DNA of 64,000 nucleotides from Narcine bancroftii (lineage: Eukaryota). Both the position numbers and the translations under genes were made by a program. The stretch lies in contig NC_091469.1 in assembly GCF_036971445.1 (NCBI RefSeq), positions 207,824,001 through 207,888,000 on the forward strand. Reading direction: 5' to 3'. Numbering within the stretch: position 1 is the stretch's first letter; every line of letters starts with the position of its first letter. The notes under the pieces were generated by a model, which was not told where the DNA came from, searched no databases, and saw only the letters and a program-made list of their open reading frames with translations. Below, in pieces: positions 51,922-64,000 of this stretch.

Positions 51922-53095
51922 CCACCCACACTGACCCTCACTGAGGTACAGGTTCAACACACACTGACCTTCACTGGGGTACAGGTTCCACAAACATTGA
52001 CCCGCACTGGGGTATGGGTTCACACACACTCACTAACCCTCACTGAGGTACAGGTTCCACGCACACTGACCCTCACTGGGGTACAGGTTCTACACACACT
52101 AACCCTCACTGGGGTACAGGTTCCACACACATTCACTTTCACTGGGGAACAGGTTCCATACACATTAACCCTTACTGGGGTATGGATTCACACACATTCA
52201 TTGACCTTCACTGGGGTACGGGTTCCACACACGTTGACTTTCACTGGGGTACAGGTTCCACACACATTGACTTTCACTGGGGAACAGTTTCCATACACAT
52301 TAACCCTTACTGGGGTATGGGTTCACACACATTCACTGACCTTCACTGGGGTACAGGTTCCACACACATTGACTTTCACTGGGGTACAGGTTCCACACAC
52401 ATTGACTTTCACTGGGGTACAGGTTCCACACACATTGACTTTCAATGGGGAACATGTTCCACACAGTTTGATTTTCAATGGGGAACAGGTTCCATACACA
52501 TTCACTGACCTTCACTGGGGTACAGGTTCCACACACATTGACTTTCACTGGGGAACAGTTTCCATACACATTAACCCTTACTGGGGTATGGGTTCACACA
52601 CATTCACTGACCTTCACTGGGGTACAGGTTCCACACACATTGACTTTCACTGGGGTACAGGTTCCACACACATTGACTTTCACTGGGGTACAGGTTCCAT
52701 ACACATTGACTTTCACTGGGGTACAGGTTCCACACACATTGACTTTCACTGGGGTACAGGTTCCACACACATTGACTTTCAATGGGGAACATGTTCCACA
52801 CAGTTTGATTTTCAATGGGGAACAGGTTCCATACACATTCACTGACCTTCACTGGGGTACAGGTTCTACACACACTAACCCTCAGTGGGGTACAGGTTCC
52901 ACACATATTGACTTTCACTGGGGAACAGTTTCCATACACATTAACTGTTACTGGGGTATGGGTTCACGCACATTCACTGACCTTCACTGGGGTACAGGTT
53001 CCACACACATTGACTTTCACTGGGGTACAGGTTCCACACACATTGACTTTCACTGGGGTACAGGTTCCACACACAATGACCTTCACTGGATTTCT
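51922..53095 (-). repeat. 33-bp minisatellite array, inverted relative to the other three
   Basis: Unit cacattgactttcactggggtacaggttccaca; 337-bp higher-order duplication (52441 versus 52778). Confidence 0.95.
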
Positions 53096-53141
53096 TGGGC
53101 ACCCACACTAACTTAGCAGGAATATTTCAGAGAAACCCGCA

Positions 53142-53985
53142 GATGTTTGCTGATGACACCACAGTTGTCGGCAGAATCACGAACGGCAATGAGGAAGCGT
53201 ACAGGTGGGAGATTGATCAGCTCGTTGAGTGGTGTAACGAAAACAACCTTGTGCTCAATGTCAGCAAAACCAAGGAGATGATTGTGAACTTCAGGAAGAA
53301 GTCAGGAGAACACAACGCAGTCCTCATTGCGGGCTCAATAGTGGAGAGGGTCAAGAACTTCAAATTTCTGTGTGTCAACATCTCCGAGGATCTGTCCCGG
53401 AGCCTCCATGTTGACACAATCACAAAGAAGGCTCACCAGCAGCTATAATTTGTGAGGTTTTTGATAAGATTCGGTATGTCACCGAAGGCTCTCGTAAACT
53501 TCAACAGGTGTACTGTGGAGACCATTCTGGCTGGTTGCATCACTACCTAGTATGGAGGCGCCAACTCTCAGGACAAAAATAAACTCCAGACGGTTGTTAA
53601 CTCAGTCTGCAATGTCACAGGCAGCTGACTTCACTCCATCGAGGACATCTACAAGAGGCGGGGTCTTAAAAAAGCAGCCTCTATCCTCAAAGACCCCCAC
53701 CACCTTGGCCATGCTCTCTTCACTCTGCTACCATTGGGGAAGAGGTACAGGAGCCTAAAGATAACCACTCAGTGGCAAAAGGACAGCTTCCTCCCCGCTG
53801 CCATCAGATTCCTGAATGAACAATGAACCAAAGTCCCTGCCTCACTCTTCGTGCAGTATTGTTATTTTTCATAGTAATGTTGTAAGATGGTTATAATATG
53901 AATGTTTACACTGTGATGCTACCGGAAAACAGCAAATTTCATGACTTGTTCGTGACAATAAATCCTGTTTGTGATCTGATTCTGA
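53142..53985 (+). mobile_element. Rex1/Babar-type LINE 3' part
   Basis: FADDTTVVGRI...WCNENNLVLNVSKTKEMIVNFRK; tail gacaataaa...tctgattctga. Confidence 0.85.
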
Positions 53986-54192
53986 TGTAAATTGAGAAAC
54001 AGCCGAAACCAATAGTGTCTGTTTTTCAATCAGCCAACTTCCACTGTGGCTGCTCAACATTTATTGTTCCTGTTTCAGGCTGCAGACAGTACATGTAAAT
54101 GTATTCAACACAGTACCACCCCCATCCAAATGATCAGCTGTTCACAGTTATGAGGAGTGGGTGAGGGGTTGAAGAAACAAGGTTCAAGTAAG

Positions 54193-54402
54193 TGTGGTGG
54201 AACACTGCATTACAGTCATTGTACTAATTTCCCACCCCTAATACTGTAACTCCTCCCCCTCCAGGATCCCGAATAAAGACGATACTGCCTAATCCCCTCC
54301 CTCAGTACTGCTTGGGAATCGGGCCATCAGAATGTAAGTGATGACAGTAAATTTATAGTGATTAAAGCCTGTTAATCTCAACCTCTAATTGATGGCACAA
54401 CA
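54193..54402 (+). mobile_element. Possible solo LTR
   Basis: TGT...ACA termini, internal aataaa/attaaa, flanks GTAAG and GTGAG (5-bp TSD with one mismatch). Confidence 0.45.
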
Positions 54403-55604
54403 GTGAGGCAAACATGACCCCTTAACTCCACCAGTGCCTCTCCTTGAATGCTGATAGCTTCAACAAGTCTTGAATGACCAACCTCTGACTCATTCCTACA
54501 CTATACTACATAATCTATGCTGACCCTCCCAGTGCATTATTGAGGGAGTGATGTACTGCCAGCAGGGTAGTACTGAGGGACATTTATTTTACCAGAGAGA
54601 GCCTTAGGTAGTTTTAAAATCCCATGACTAAAGATCAGTAAAGAGCAGTCGTTCTTCCTACTCTACTGCCAAGTGCTTCGAACTGCAGCCAATAACACTA
54701 AATGTAGATTTTCATGCCACATGGATATTTGTGGGGTTTTGCTTTCTACCAACTAGCTGCTACATTTCCAACTCAATGCGAATTGTTTATTTTTATCCTG
54801 CAGTCTGAATGATGAAATAACCTGGGAGAGCTGCAGTTAGATGCATATTAGCAATGGAACTCAGCTCCATCCCACGGCATGATAGCCCCCACCCACGCAC
54901 TGTGTTCATTCTGTCTGCTCACTCACCATTTCTGAAACTATTTCTAAGATCCCACTTGTCACGTTCGCCTTAATGTCAGAATAGAACAGTTTAAAGTAGT
55001 TTCCGAATAAGTGTGAAACTAAACCACAATTCATCTTATTAATGTGTGTCAACATTATTGGGCAAAACTCTCCTGTGTGCAGGATCAGATAACATACCAT
55101 ATTAGATTATTGTATCAGATACACTCTATGCCACTGGGAAATGTTCTGCGAACATATCTTAAATACAGAATTCACCACAAGTGCTTACGCTTTAGGTGTA
55201 CTTTGAGGTCTTCAGCATCAAACTGTGAAATTTGACAAGAATCATGTCTCATAGTTTTGGATGCTTCGCCCGCCTTCACATGGCAGACACGGTTCACAAA
55301 ACCTCACAGGCACTTTCTGTGTGGCAACAAGACAGCAACACTCATTAAACACACTTTGAACATGGCAGCCACACACATCAGCCCTTCAAGACATGCTCCA
55401 CATGACAGCCAGACAACCGCAGTATCATTTGACATTTACCGAGCTTTAAAAACACACAGAAAGCTGAGCAGCAATGGGCCACTCAGGCCTCATTCAAAAA
55501 TAATCGTGGACGATATCTGCTGGCTGCATCTTTGTTGGTTCCCCATGGCTCCAAACTTCCCAATCCAGCAAAAAATCATTGACCTCCACCTTAAACCCTT
55601 CAAA

Positions 55605-56530
55605 TGATGTTCTACTCCCTTTACTCCTCTGACCGTGTGGCTCAGTACGATCTCTACAAATCTACTGACAACACCATGGTGGTGGGTTGTATAAAGGAAG
55701 GGGATGAGTCAATATACAGGATGGAGGTTAAATATTTGGCTGAATGGTGCACCAACAACAACCTTGCACACAATGTCACCAAAACTAAGGAGCTGATTCT
55801 TGACTTAAGGAAGGCCACAGGTTTACAATCCAGTGATCATTGGGGGATCAGAAGTGGAAAGGGTGAGCAAATTTAAGTTCTTGGGAGAATCTATCTCGAA
55901 GGAACTTTCCTGGTCCCAACACTCCAAGGGCATCATAACGAAAGCACATCAGTGACTCTACTTCCTCAGGAGTTTATGGAGGTTTGGTATGACATCAGAA
56001 ACCCTGGCAAATTTCTACAGATGTGTGGAGGAAAGTGAGTTAACCAGCTGCATCATGGTCTGGTATGGAGCCTAAAGCCATCCAAAAGGTAGCAGACACA
56101 GGACATTACAGGCAAAAACCTCACCACTATTAAGAACATCTGCGAGGAATGCTGTTGTCGGAGAGCACCAGCAATCATCAAGGATCCACAGCACCCAGCA
56201 CACCTCTTGTTCTCGCTGTTATCATCAGGAAAGAGGTATCGGTACCACAAGACTCACACCACCAGGATCAGGAACAGCTGCTACCCCTCTACCATCAGAC
56301 TTCTCAATCAGGGACTCATTTAAAGACTCTTACTTGTGCACTTTATTGATTTTTTTCTCTTTGTATTGCACAATCAGTTTGTTTACCTTCATTTATTTGT
56401 TTACATGTTTTCGTTGAGTACATTTTTTGCACTACCAATTAGTGGTAATTCTGCCGTGCCTGCAGGAAAAAGAATGTCAGGGTTGTATGCGATGTCATGT
56501 ATGTACTCTGACAATAAATCTGAAATCTGA
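55605..56530 (+). mobile_element. Rex1/Babar-type LINE 3' part
   Basis: DNTMVVGCI...EWCTNNNLAHNVTKTKELILD; tail gacaataaatctgaaatctga. Confidence 0.8.
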
Positions 56531-56571
56531 TACAAACACAACCTTCCAGGGAAGTAATTTAAAACTTCTGT

Positions 56572-56990
56572 TTGGCCACACTTGGGAGTAGTGCATGGAA
56601 CTCTGGTTGTCCCATTACAGGAAGGATGTGGAGACTTTAGATAGGAGAAAGAAGAAATTTAGCCAGGATGTTGCCTGGATTACAGCACAGACCTATAAGG
56701 AGAGGTTGAATTAACATGGTTGATTTCTCTGGAGCATTGGTTGCAGAGGGGAGACCTGAGGGATTTATAAACTTTTAAGAGGTATCGGAAGGTTAGACAG
56801 TCCAACACTGGAGGACATGCATTTAAGGTGAATGGTGCAAAGCTGAGGGGAGATGTGCAGGACAGGTTTTTCACCCATAATTTGGCTTGTGGATGGAATG
56901 TGCTGCTGGGGAGAAGTGATGAAAACATACAATTCTGCTATTTAAAAGGGCTTTCATACAGACACATGGATATATGAGGTACAAAGGGAT
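56572..56990 (+). mobile_element. CR1 3' fragment
   Basis: ggccacacttgggagtagtgc...ccattacaggaaggatgtgg...gcagagggggagacctga. Confidence 0.65.
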
Positions 56991-56994
56991 ATGT

Positions 56995-57152
56995 ATCATA
57001 CATGCATTCATAAATACATGCATACATGCATTCATGCATACATACATGCATATGGACATAAATGCATTCATAAATACACATTCATGCATACATACATACA
57101 TGCATATGGACATACATGCATACATACATACATAGACATACATTCATACATA
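56995..57152. repeat. (CATA/CATG)n low-complexity repeat
   Basis: Direct reading. Confidence 0.9.
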
Positions 57153-57154
57153 TA

Positions 57155-57335
57155 AAGACATACAGTACAGTAACAGGCCCTTTCATTTTGAAGGCTGGGT
57201 GGGAATTGGAGCACCCAGAGGAAACCTACACAGATACAGAGAGAACGTACAAATATACAGACAGAGCTGGATTCGCAACCCGGTCAGTGGCGTTGTAACA
57301 GCATTGCACGAACCACTGCGTTAACCGTGTCGCCC
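57155..57335 (-). mobile_element. HE1/V-SINE-like SINE
   Basis: Family core in reverse. Confidence 0.6.
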
Positions 57336-57552
57336 CAAATCATGCATAAGGTGCATCCATCTAGTTTAATTTGGCAACACTGGGGGCCGAAGGGCTTGGT
57401 CTAATTACAGAGATTCACCACTGCTATGCAACTGTTTTAAGCAGCCTCAGCCCTGGAAAAGGTGCAGTTCCTGTCACACAGCACCCTCCACTATGGGAGA
57501 CAAATGCTGCAACCACACACACAAGTTGTATGGGAATTTGTTTTTGATTAGT

Positions 57553-57745
57553 GTAGCGTAGTGATGCGGGTTCGAATCTGGTGCTCCTTGTACTGTCATA
57601 TGCTTTCCCAGGGTGGGAAAGTTTTCTAGTTTTCTCCCACTCTCTAAAACGCATGGGGTAGGTGGGTCAATTGGGTGTAATTGGGCAGCACAAGTTTCAT
57701 GGGCTGGAAGAGCCTTCCATTGGGCTGTTTCATTAAATTTGTTTA
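57553..57745 (+). mobile_element. HE1/V-SINE-like SINE
   Basis: ggttcgaatc B-box; ggtcaattgggtgtaattgggc tail. Confidence 0.6.
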
Positions 57746-58111
57746 AAAAGTAAACATTAATTCTTGCTGCTGTGACACTTTGTGCCATAACATTGGCTCT
57801 TTGCCACAGGAGTGTCCTAAAGCTCTACAAGAGCGAGGGAGCAGGGTGATATCTTACTGAGCTGAGAGTTACCAATTATGAGCAGAGTACTGCTCGTGGT
57901 GTACACAGGGATGTGCCCAAAAGCTGCTCCCAGTTCTCAGTGTGCAGAGGGAAGCTGCAGGCGAGCAACTCGCCCTTCTGCACAAACAGGGAGATGGTGC
58001 CAATGTTAAACTGTCCTTCCACATAAACAAGAGACTGGTCATCTCCCAGCAGCAAAGATACCACAGATGGGAAGTCGTTTTCCCTCTGCAGGACCCCATG
58101 TCCTTTGGATA

Positions 58112-58496
58112 AGCCCCTTTCACATTTGCCAGATCCCAGGAATCGAACTCCAATTGGCTTTTAAAGTGGCAAGTGTGAAAGCAAAATCTGCTCAATGCCA
58201 GCGTCAGATGACATCATCTCACTCTGGGGATTGGCGGCCTCCACCCCTAGTACAATCCCCGGCGTCTGCAGATGCCAGCATTGAGATCAGGCAAGTATGA
58301 AATGGGCAATTGCATTGCAAGCATTTCAGATTTAAAGGTAGAACAGACCAAACACTGGGGAATAAACCCTTGCGAGTGTGAAAGCGTTCAGTGTCCAGTT
58401 AGGAGTGGTCTAGTATAAAAGGTCAAACCCCCCCCCCCATCCCTATCCTGGGACACTGAATGACCGATTTACTTGGATGCAAGTGTGAAAGGGGCT
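58112..58496. mobile_element. PIF/Harbinger-type MITE, copy 1
   Basis: TIR AGCCCCTTTCACA(T/C)TTGC...GCAAGTGTGAAAGGGGCT with 3-bp TSD ATA. Confidence 0.85.
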
Positions 58497-59788
58497 ATAG
58501 AGAGATCTGAGAATCTTGAAGGGATCCCCAATACGGTGGTGAAATGAGGTAGTCATGAACACATTGAAAGATTATAGTGGGTTGCATGGATGGATGAAAG
58601 GTGGAGCTGGGTATCTTCAAGAGAGATAAAGCAATTGGGTGAAATGAAGAGGCTGGTGTTAGCATGAGTAACAAGCTCAATGTATGGTGTTAGCCCATAA
58701 AATTCTCACAATCAGAAAGCAGTCCTGTTGAAATCCTTCCCACTACATCTCAGCCTCTGACTTTAGATAGAGGATACAAAAGAGGGTACCTTCCCACTAC
58801 ATTAATTTCTGGTTAATGTTCTACAAATCTGGAGTGAAGGGAATAATTGAATCCTGTCTCAGATTACACATTGTGTGGACCCCTCACCTGCGATTCACAC
58901 AACATCAAACACTATCGGCCAAAATACTTCCACTTTCAAATGAAATGTAAGCAAGATCTTGGTTGACGGCTTCACTCCTCACTCACAGAGGCTCAGTGAA
59001 GCATAAACAAGGTCTAAGTTACAAAGTCTGATCTCTGATCTGTGCTGATCATCATTGGGTTAGCAGGTAGTCTCACCGACTGGCCTCACACTCATTATCA
59101 TGAGAGGTGCCTCATCCTTGCCTTGCTGCTCTCCTGCAACAACTACTAATGCCTTTCTTTGGTGACACCCTCAGCTCCGTGACAGAAGGGTGTGAGTCAC
59201 GTTGCTTATGAGAGAGATGGTAGCTTTCAATGTGGGTTGTTGTGAACCCCGAGACTACTGGAATCTGTTCTCCCCTCTACCTCATCCAAAGGAGTTTTTA
59301 AGCACCTCAGATAAATTTCTCCTTAACCTTCTTTCAGTCTCAGGGACACAGAATGAAACATTCCATTAAACATCCTCTATGTAAACGTCCACTCTGCATC
59401 CCCCTCTGCCTTGACATCCTTCTGAAAGTGCAGTGCCCAGAATCAGATTGATCTGCCGGATTCAGTCCACAGTGTGCACAGCAGCTCCACATGATGAGCT
59501 GGTGCAGAGCAGAACCTGTGATGTGGTCAGCAACACTCAGCTGCACATGCTAACGCAGTAAAAGAAGGCAGCAGAAGGCACAAAGAACTTACTCAGCTCC
59601 TCTCTGTTGTGCTCCCCTTTCATCCTCCCTTCTCCCTCACTATGCATCTCTTTCCTTCTGTCCAACTCTCTCAATTGATCAGTCTCTTTCCTGCACTCTA
59701 TCTGTTTCACTGAGTTTTCTCCATCCAACTCTCTTACTCCTTCGATCTCTCTCACTAACCCTCTCCCATACTGTTACTCTATCTCTCT

Positions 59789-60111
59789 AGCCCCTTTCAC
59801 ACTTGCCAGTGCTTTGAGGAATCAGACGCAAATCGGCCTTTAAAGTGGCAAGTGTGAGAGCAAAATCTGCTCAATGGCCTAGCACGATCCCAGACGCCGG
59901 CGTTGAGATCAGGCAAGTGTGAAACGGGCAATTGCTTTGCAGATACTTCCTATTAAAGGTAGAACAGACCAAAAGCTGGGAATAGACCCTTGCAAGTATG
60001 AAAGCATTCAGTGTCCTGGTTAGGAGTGGTTTAGTCTGAAAGTCCAAACCCCCATTCCTATTCCCGGACATTGCATGGCCGATTTACTGAGATGCAAGTG
60101 TGAAAGGGGCT
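59789..60111. mobile_element. PIF/Harbinger-type MITE, copy 2
   Basis: Same TIR with 3-bp TSD TCT; lacks about 60 bp of the copy 1 interior. Confidence 0.85.
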
Positions 60112-60741
60112 TCTGCTTCCCCTCTTTTACTCTGTTCATTCCTCTTTTGCACTGTCCATCTCTTTTTCTTTCTCTCTCTCTCCCTTTATCATTATCTCTC
60201 TCCCTGTTTTCCTTTCTAACATCCCTCTCACCTTCACTGTCTCTCACTTTTTCACGCTATCTGATGACTTTAATTTAAAAGCGACTCTGTGATTTTGCTC
60301 CCATCAATCTGTGGTGATAAGAACAACATGAACATGTGAGCTTTGCCTCGCTTCATGATTCTTAGATCTCTCGATGACTTGTCTCTTCCCACATCTGTAA
60401 CTGACTCATGCCTTCAAACCTCAATGGTTTTCTTAAAATCCTCATGTTCAATGACACCATCAGCTGGCATCACCTTCACTCTGAAAATCTTCCCCTAAAT
60501 GACTCTGGGCTCTCCAACTATTTTGCTTTCTTAACCAAAACTGTGAACCCAGTTTTTAGTCACCCATTCTGCAACCTGCTGCTTTCCCAATTTATACCCT
60601 CTGAAACACTTTTGGATCTTTTACCATGTTAAAGGTGCTATAAAAATCCAAGTTCTTGTTGCTGTCACTAAGTATAGGCTCAGAAGAAAGGCCATTCAGC
60701 CCTCCAGATCAGTTCTGCAGTTCATTGAGATCATGGTGATC

Positions 60742-62300
60742 CATAGAAACCATAGTACATTACAGAACAGAAAGAGGCCTCTTCGATCCATTTTTTTATC
60801 CCTGGTCCCACTGACCTGCATCTTGTCCATAACCCTCCATACCTCTCCCATCAATGTACCTGTCTAAATTCCTCTTAAATGTTAAACATGATTCCACATT
60901 CACCACCTCATCTGGCAGCTCATTCCATACTCCTACCACTCTCTGTATGAAGTTCTTCCTCATGTTCTCCCTAAACCTTTCCCCTTTCACTCTTAACCTA
61001 TATCCTCTGGTTTGATCTCTCTGTTCTACCGCACTCTTCAGTGCCCTACCATTTACTGTGTACATCCTTTCTTGGGTTGTCCTTCCAAATGCAACACCTC
61101 ACACTTGTCTGCATTAAATTTCATCTGCTATTTTTCAACCCACTTTATCAGCTGGTCCAGATTCCTCTGCAAGCTTTGAAAACCTTCTCTATCCACAAGA
61201 CTTTGAATCTTAGTGTCATCTGTAAACTTACTAATCCAATTTACCACAGTATCATCCAGATCATTGATATAGATGACAAAAATCAATGGTTCCAATACCG
61301 ATCTCTGAGACACACCACTAATCAAAGGCCCCCAATCTGAGAAGCAATCATCCACCACCACTCTCTGGTTTCTCCCGTCCAGCCATTGTCAAATCTAGTT
61401 CACTACTTCACTGTGAGTACCTCGCGTTTGAACCTTCCTGACTAACCTCCCATGCAGGACTTTGTCAAAGGCCTTACTAAAGTCCATACTGACAACATCC
61501 ACAGTCTTTCTTTCATTAACTTTCCTGGTAACCACCTCAAAAAACTCTACAGGATTGGTTAAACATGACCTACCAGGAACAAAGCCTTGTTGACTATCCC
61601 TAATCAGTCCATGGCTATCCAAATAATTGTACATCTGATCTCTTAGAACACCTTCCATAATTTACCTATTACTGATGACAGGCAAACCGGCCTATAATTA
61701 CCAGGCTTACTTTTGGAGCCTTTTTTAAAGAACAGAACAACGTGAGCTACACTCCAATCCTCTGGCACTACACCCGTAGCCAAGGACATTTGAAATATTT
61801 CTGCCAGAGCCCCTACAATTTTTGCATTCCCTCAAGGTCCGAGGGAATATCTTGTCAGGCCCTGGGGATTTGTCCATTTTCATTTGCTTTAAGAAAGCAA
61901 GTACATCCTCCTTTTTAATCTGTATAGATTCCATGACCTCACTGCTTGTCTTCCCACAACTCTATGCCCGTTTCCTGAGTGAATACTGATGGAACAAAAC
62001 AATTAAGATCTCCTCCATCTCTTCCGGCTCCACACAAAGTCAACCACTCTAATCTTCAAGGGGACCAATTTTGTCCCTTACTATCCTTCTGCTCTTAATT
62101 TACCTGTAGAAACCTTTAGGAGTTTCCTTCACATTGTCTATCAAAGCAACCTTTTAGCCTCCTGATTTCTTTCTTGAGGTTTTTCATGCATTTTTTAATT
62201 CTCCTCAAGTTCCTCATTTGCTCCTTGTTGCCTATACCTGCTATACACCTCTCTCTTCTTCCGAACCTGATCTCAATATCCCTCGAAAACCAAGGTTCCC
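60742..62300 (-). mobile_element. CR1 LINE with internal deletions
   Basis: KSPGPD, QQGFVPGRSCLTN, DFSKAFDKV, KFTDDTK and C-terminal motifs. Confidence 0.9.
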
Positions 62301-64000
62301 GAATTTAATCCGTAAGGATGAAAGAAATAAAATGCACAGTAGTGAGGTAGGGGTGTGGATGGGGCAGATCATAATTGATTTTAAATGTGGATTAACTCCA
62401 GTCTAAGTAAACTGACTTGACAGACTGCAAAGCATCATCTGATTCTCCATCTCTCCCTCTTGTCTGTGGTTCTGGCAAATTTAAATCTCTCTGTGCATTT
62501 CTGTGTTTTTACTATAATCACAGCAACTGCAGATTTTCATGTTGCATTGGAAATGGTCAAGCTGTGTTACAGCTCCCTGGAGATTTGTGAGGTGCAAGAG
62601 CTCAACCCTCGGATTGCTTGTCCATTGACAGCTTCTCAATCAAGTAGCAAATGTCTCCTTGTCTGAAATGTCAATGGAGCCACTGGCCTCAGTAGTGAGA
62701 ATCTTGAATTAGCTGGTGAAGTGCTTCAGGACAGCCGAGTTAGTGAAAAGTGTAGAAAAGCCATGTCATGGTGGTCGGTCTGGCCCTCATCCTGCATCTT
62801 GTGGACTAATACTATCCCAATGTGTGTACAGGCGAGCACAATGTTCTTGTCCCAGTGCTCCACCAAATGGAAATATTGTGCTTGTGTGAGAGGGTGAATG
62901 AGTGAGAGAGAGAGTATATGTCTGTGCATGGGATGAAACGTGAAAAAGACTGAATGATCCGGAGTGGAAGAAAGGGAAATGACAGAAAAATTGAATGTAA
63001 ATGTCTATCTGAGAATGCATGAGAAAGGGGAGAGAGACAGAGAGAGGGAGAGGGAGAGACAGAGAATGTAAATATGAATGTCTATCTGAGAATGCATGAG
63101 AAAGAGAAGAGACACAGAGAGGGGGAGAGGGAGAAACAGAGAGTGTGAGAGGGAGAGAGAGAGAGAAAAATCATTTTTAAAAAAACCCACCCCCCTCTCC
63201 CCCGCAGCTTCTGGTCTGTAAAATTCATTCCAGCTTAACCTAATTTCCACCTTTGATCAAACAAGGTTGCATATAATTCCCAAATGTCTTTGTTTTGATA
63301 GAGTGGAATTGATTACAAAAAAAAGAGAAGCAAGTTACAGCAAAAACAGGAAAGAGAAGACAGACACTTAGAATAATACATAACGATCTAGCATGAATGA
63401 GCAGAAAGCAAAGGACAGAGATAGAGAATGAGAGAAACAAAGAGGTAAAATGAGATGCTGAATAAGAGAAACAGAATGAAAGAGAGATGGAGAGGGGGTG
63501 ACAGATAAAACGTTCTTCACAACAATAGTTATCTTTCTCCATAGTTATTTCATTACAGTTTCTAATTGGGAACAGAGTCTGGAAGGGGTTGGGCCCAAGG
63601 CTGGTTTATACACAATGAGCACATTGTGGGTCCCAGTGAGACAGGCAAAGGCAAGGGGCCATTTGCCAAGGTGCTTCACTGCATAATCCTACTTGCTATA
63701 AACTCAAATATCGGGATGTCTCGAGCTGGAATCTAATGAAACATTTTTTTCTTCTTCTATGCTAAGGAAGCTTTTCTTTCCATCCCGAATGGTATCCCCA
63801 CCCTCCTACTTTTTTTTGGGTGGGGAGAAGTGAAGTGCAGAAAGAAATTGAGGGATCTAATTATACTGTGTGTCCATCTGTGCTTGTATTGTAACCAAGT
63901 GAAGAACAGTTAAAGCAAGTGAGACGTGCTCTGTAGGCCTCAGACGCGGTGATTAGTCACACAGTATTAATCTGAGGCCTGACAATAGGCCTCAAAGTCC

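Noticed and set aside
51763-53116. 360-aa and 212-aa ORFs of HTLTFTGVQVP repeats
   Set aside because: They arise from a 33-nt unit that is open in one frame; frames break at indels, and there is no gene structure.
63935-63988. 10-bp inverted repeat aggcctcaga/tctgaggcct
   Set aside because: Too short and at the window edge; compatible with chance.
33803-64000. Notch exons 1-2
   Set aside because: No EGF1-like exon with splice sites was found by eye; probably beyond the window, though a divergent 80-nt exon could have been missed.

Overview
Repeat-rich vertebrate genomic DNA, probably from a cartilaginous fish (inferred from HE1/V-SINE-like SINEs, CR1, Penelope and Rex1 LINEs and satellite types). 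The window lies inside one minus-strand Notch receptor gene. Eight GT-AG exons of 266, 339, 123, 234, 156, 186, 114 and 114 nt (1532 nt) match NOTCH1 exons 3-10 and encode the end of EGF1 through EGF14, including ligand-binding EGF8-12. Exon 2 was not found, so 33803-64000 is probably intron 2. The rest is intronic transposons, tandem repeats and four N gaps. Main observations: (1) two young RTE-clade LINE insertions have TSDs and 5' inversions, a twin-priming signature normally associated with mammalian L1; (2) the protein is NOTCH1-like overall but shares residues with NOTCH4 in EGF10-12; (3) a 33-bp minisatellite forms four arrays in both orientations; (4) reverse-complementary RTE copies and minisatellite arrays bracket exon blocks. 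Comparisons with known proteins and repeat families are from memory, not database searches. Repeat boundaries are approximate unless a TSD is given.
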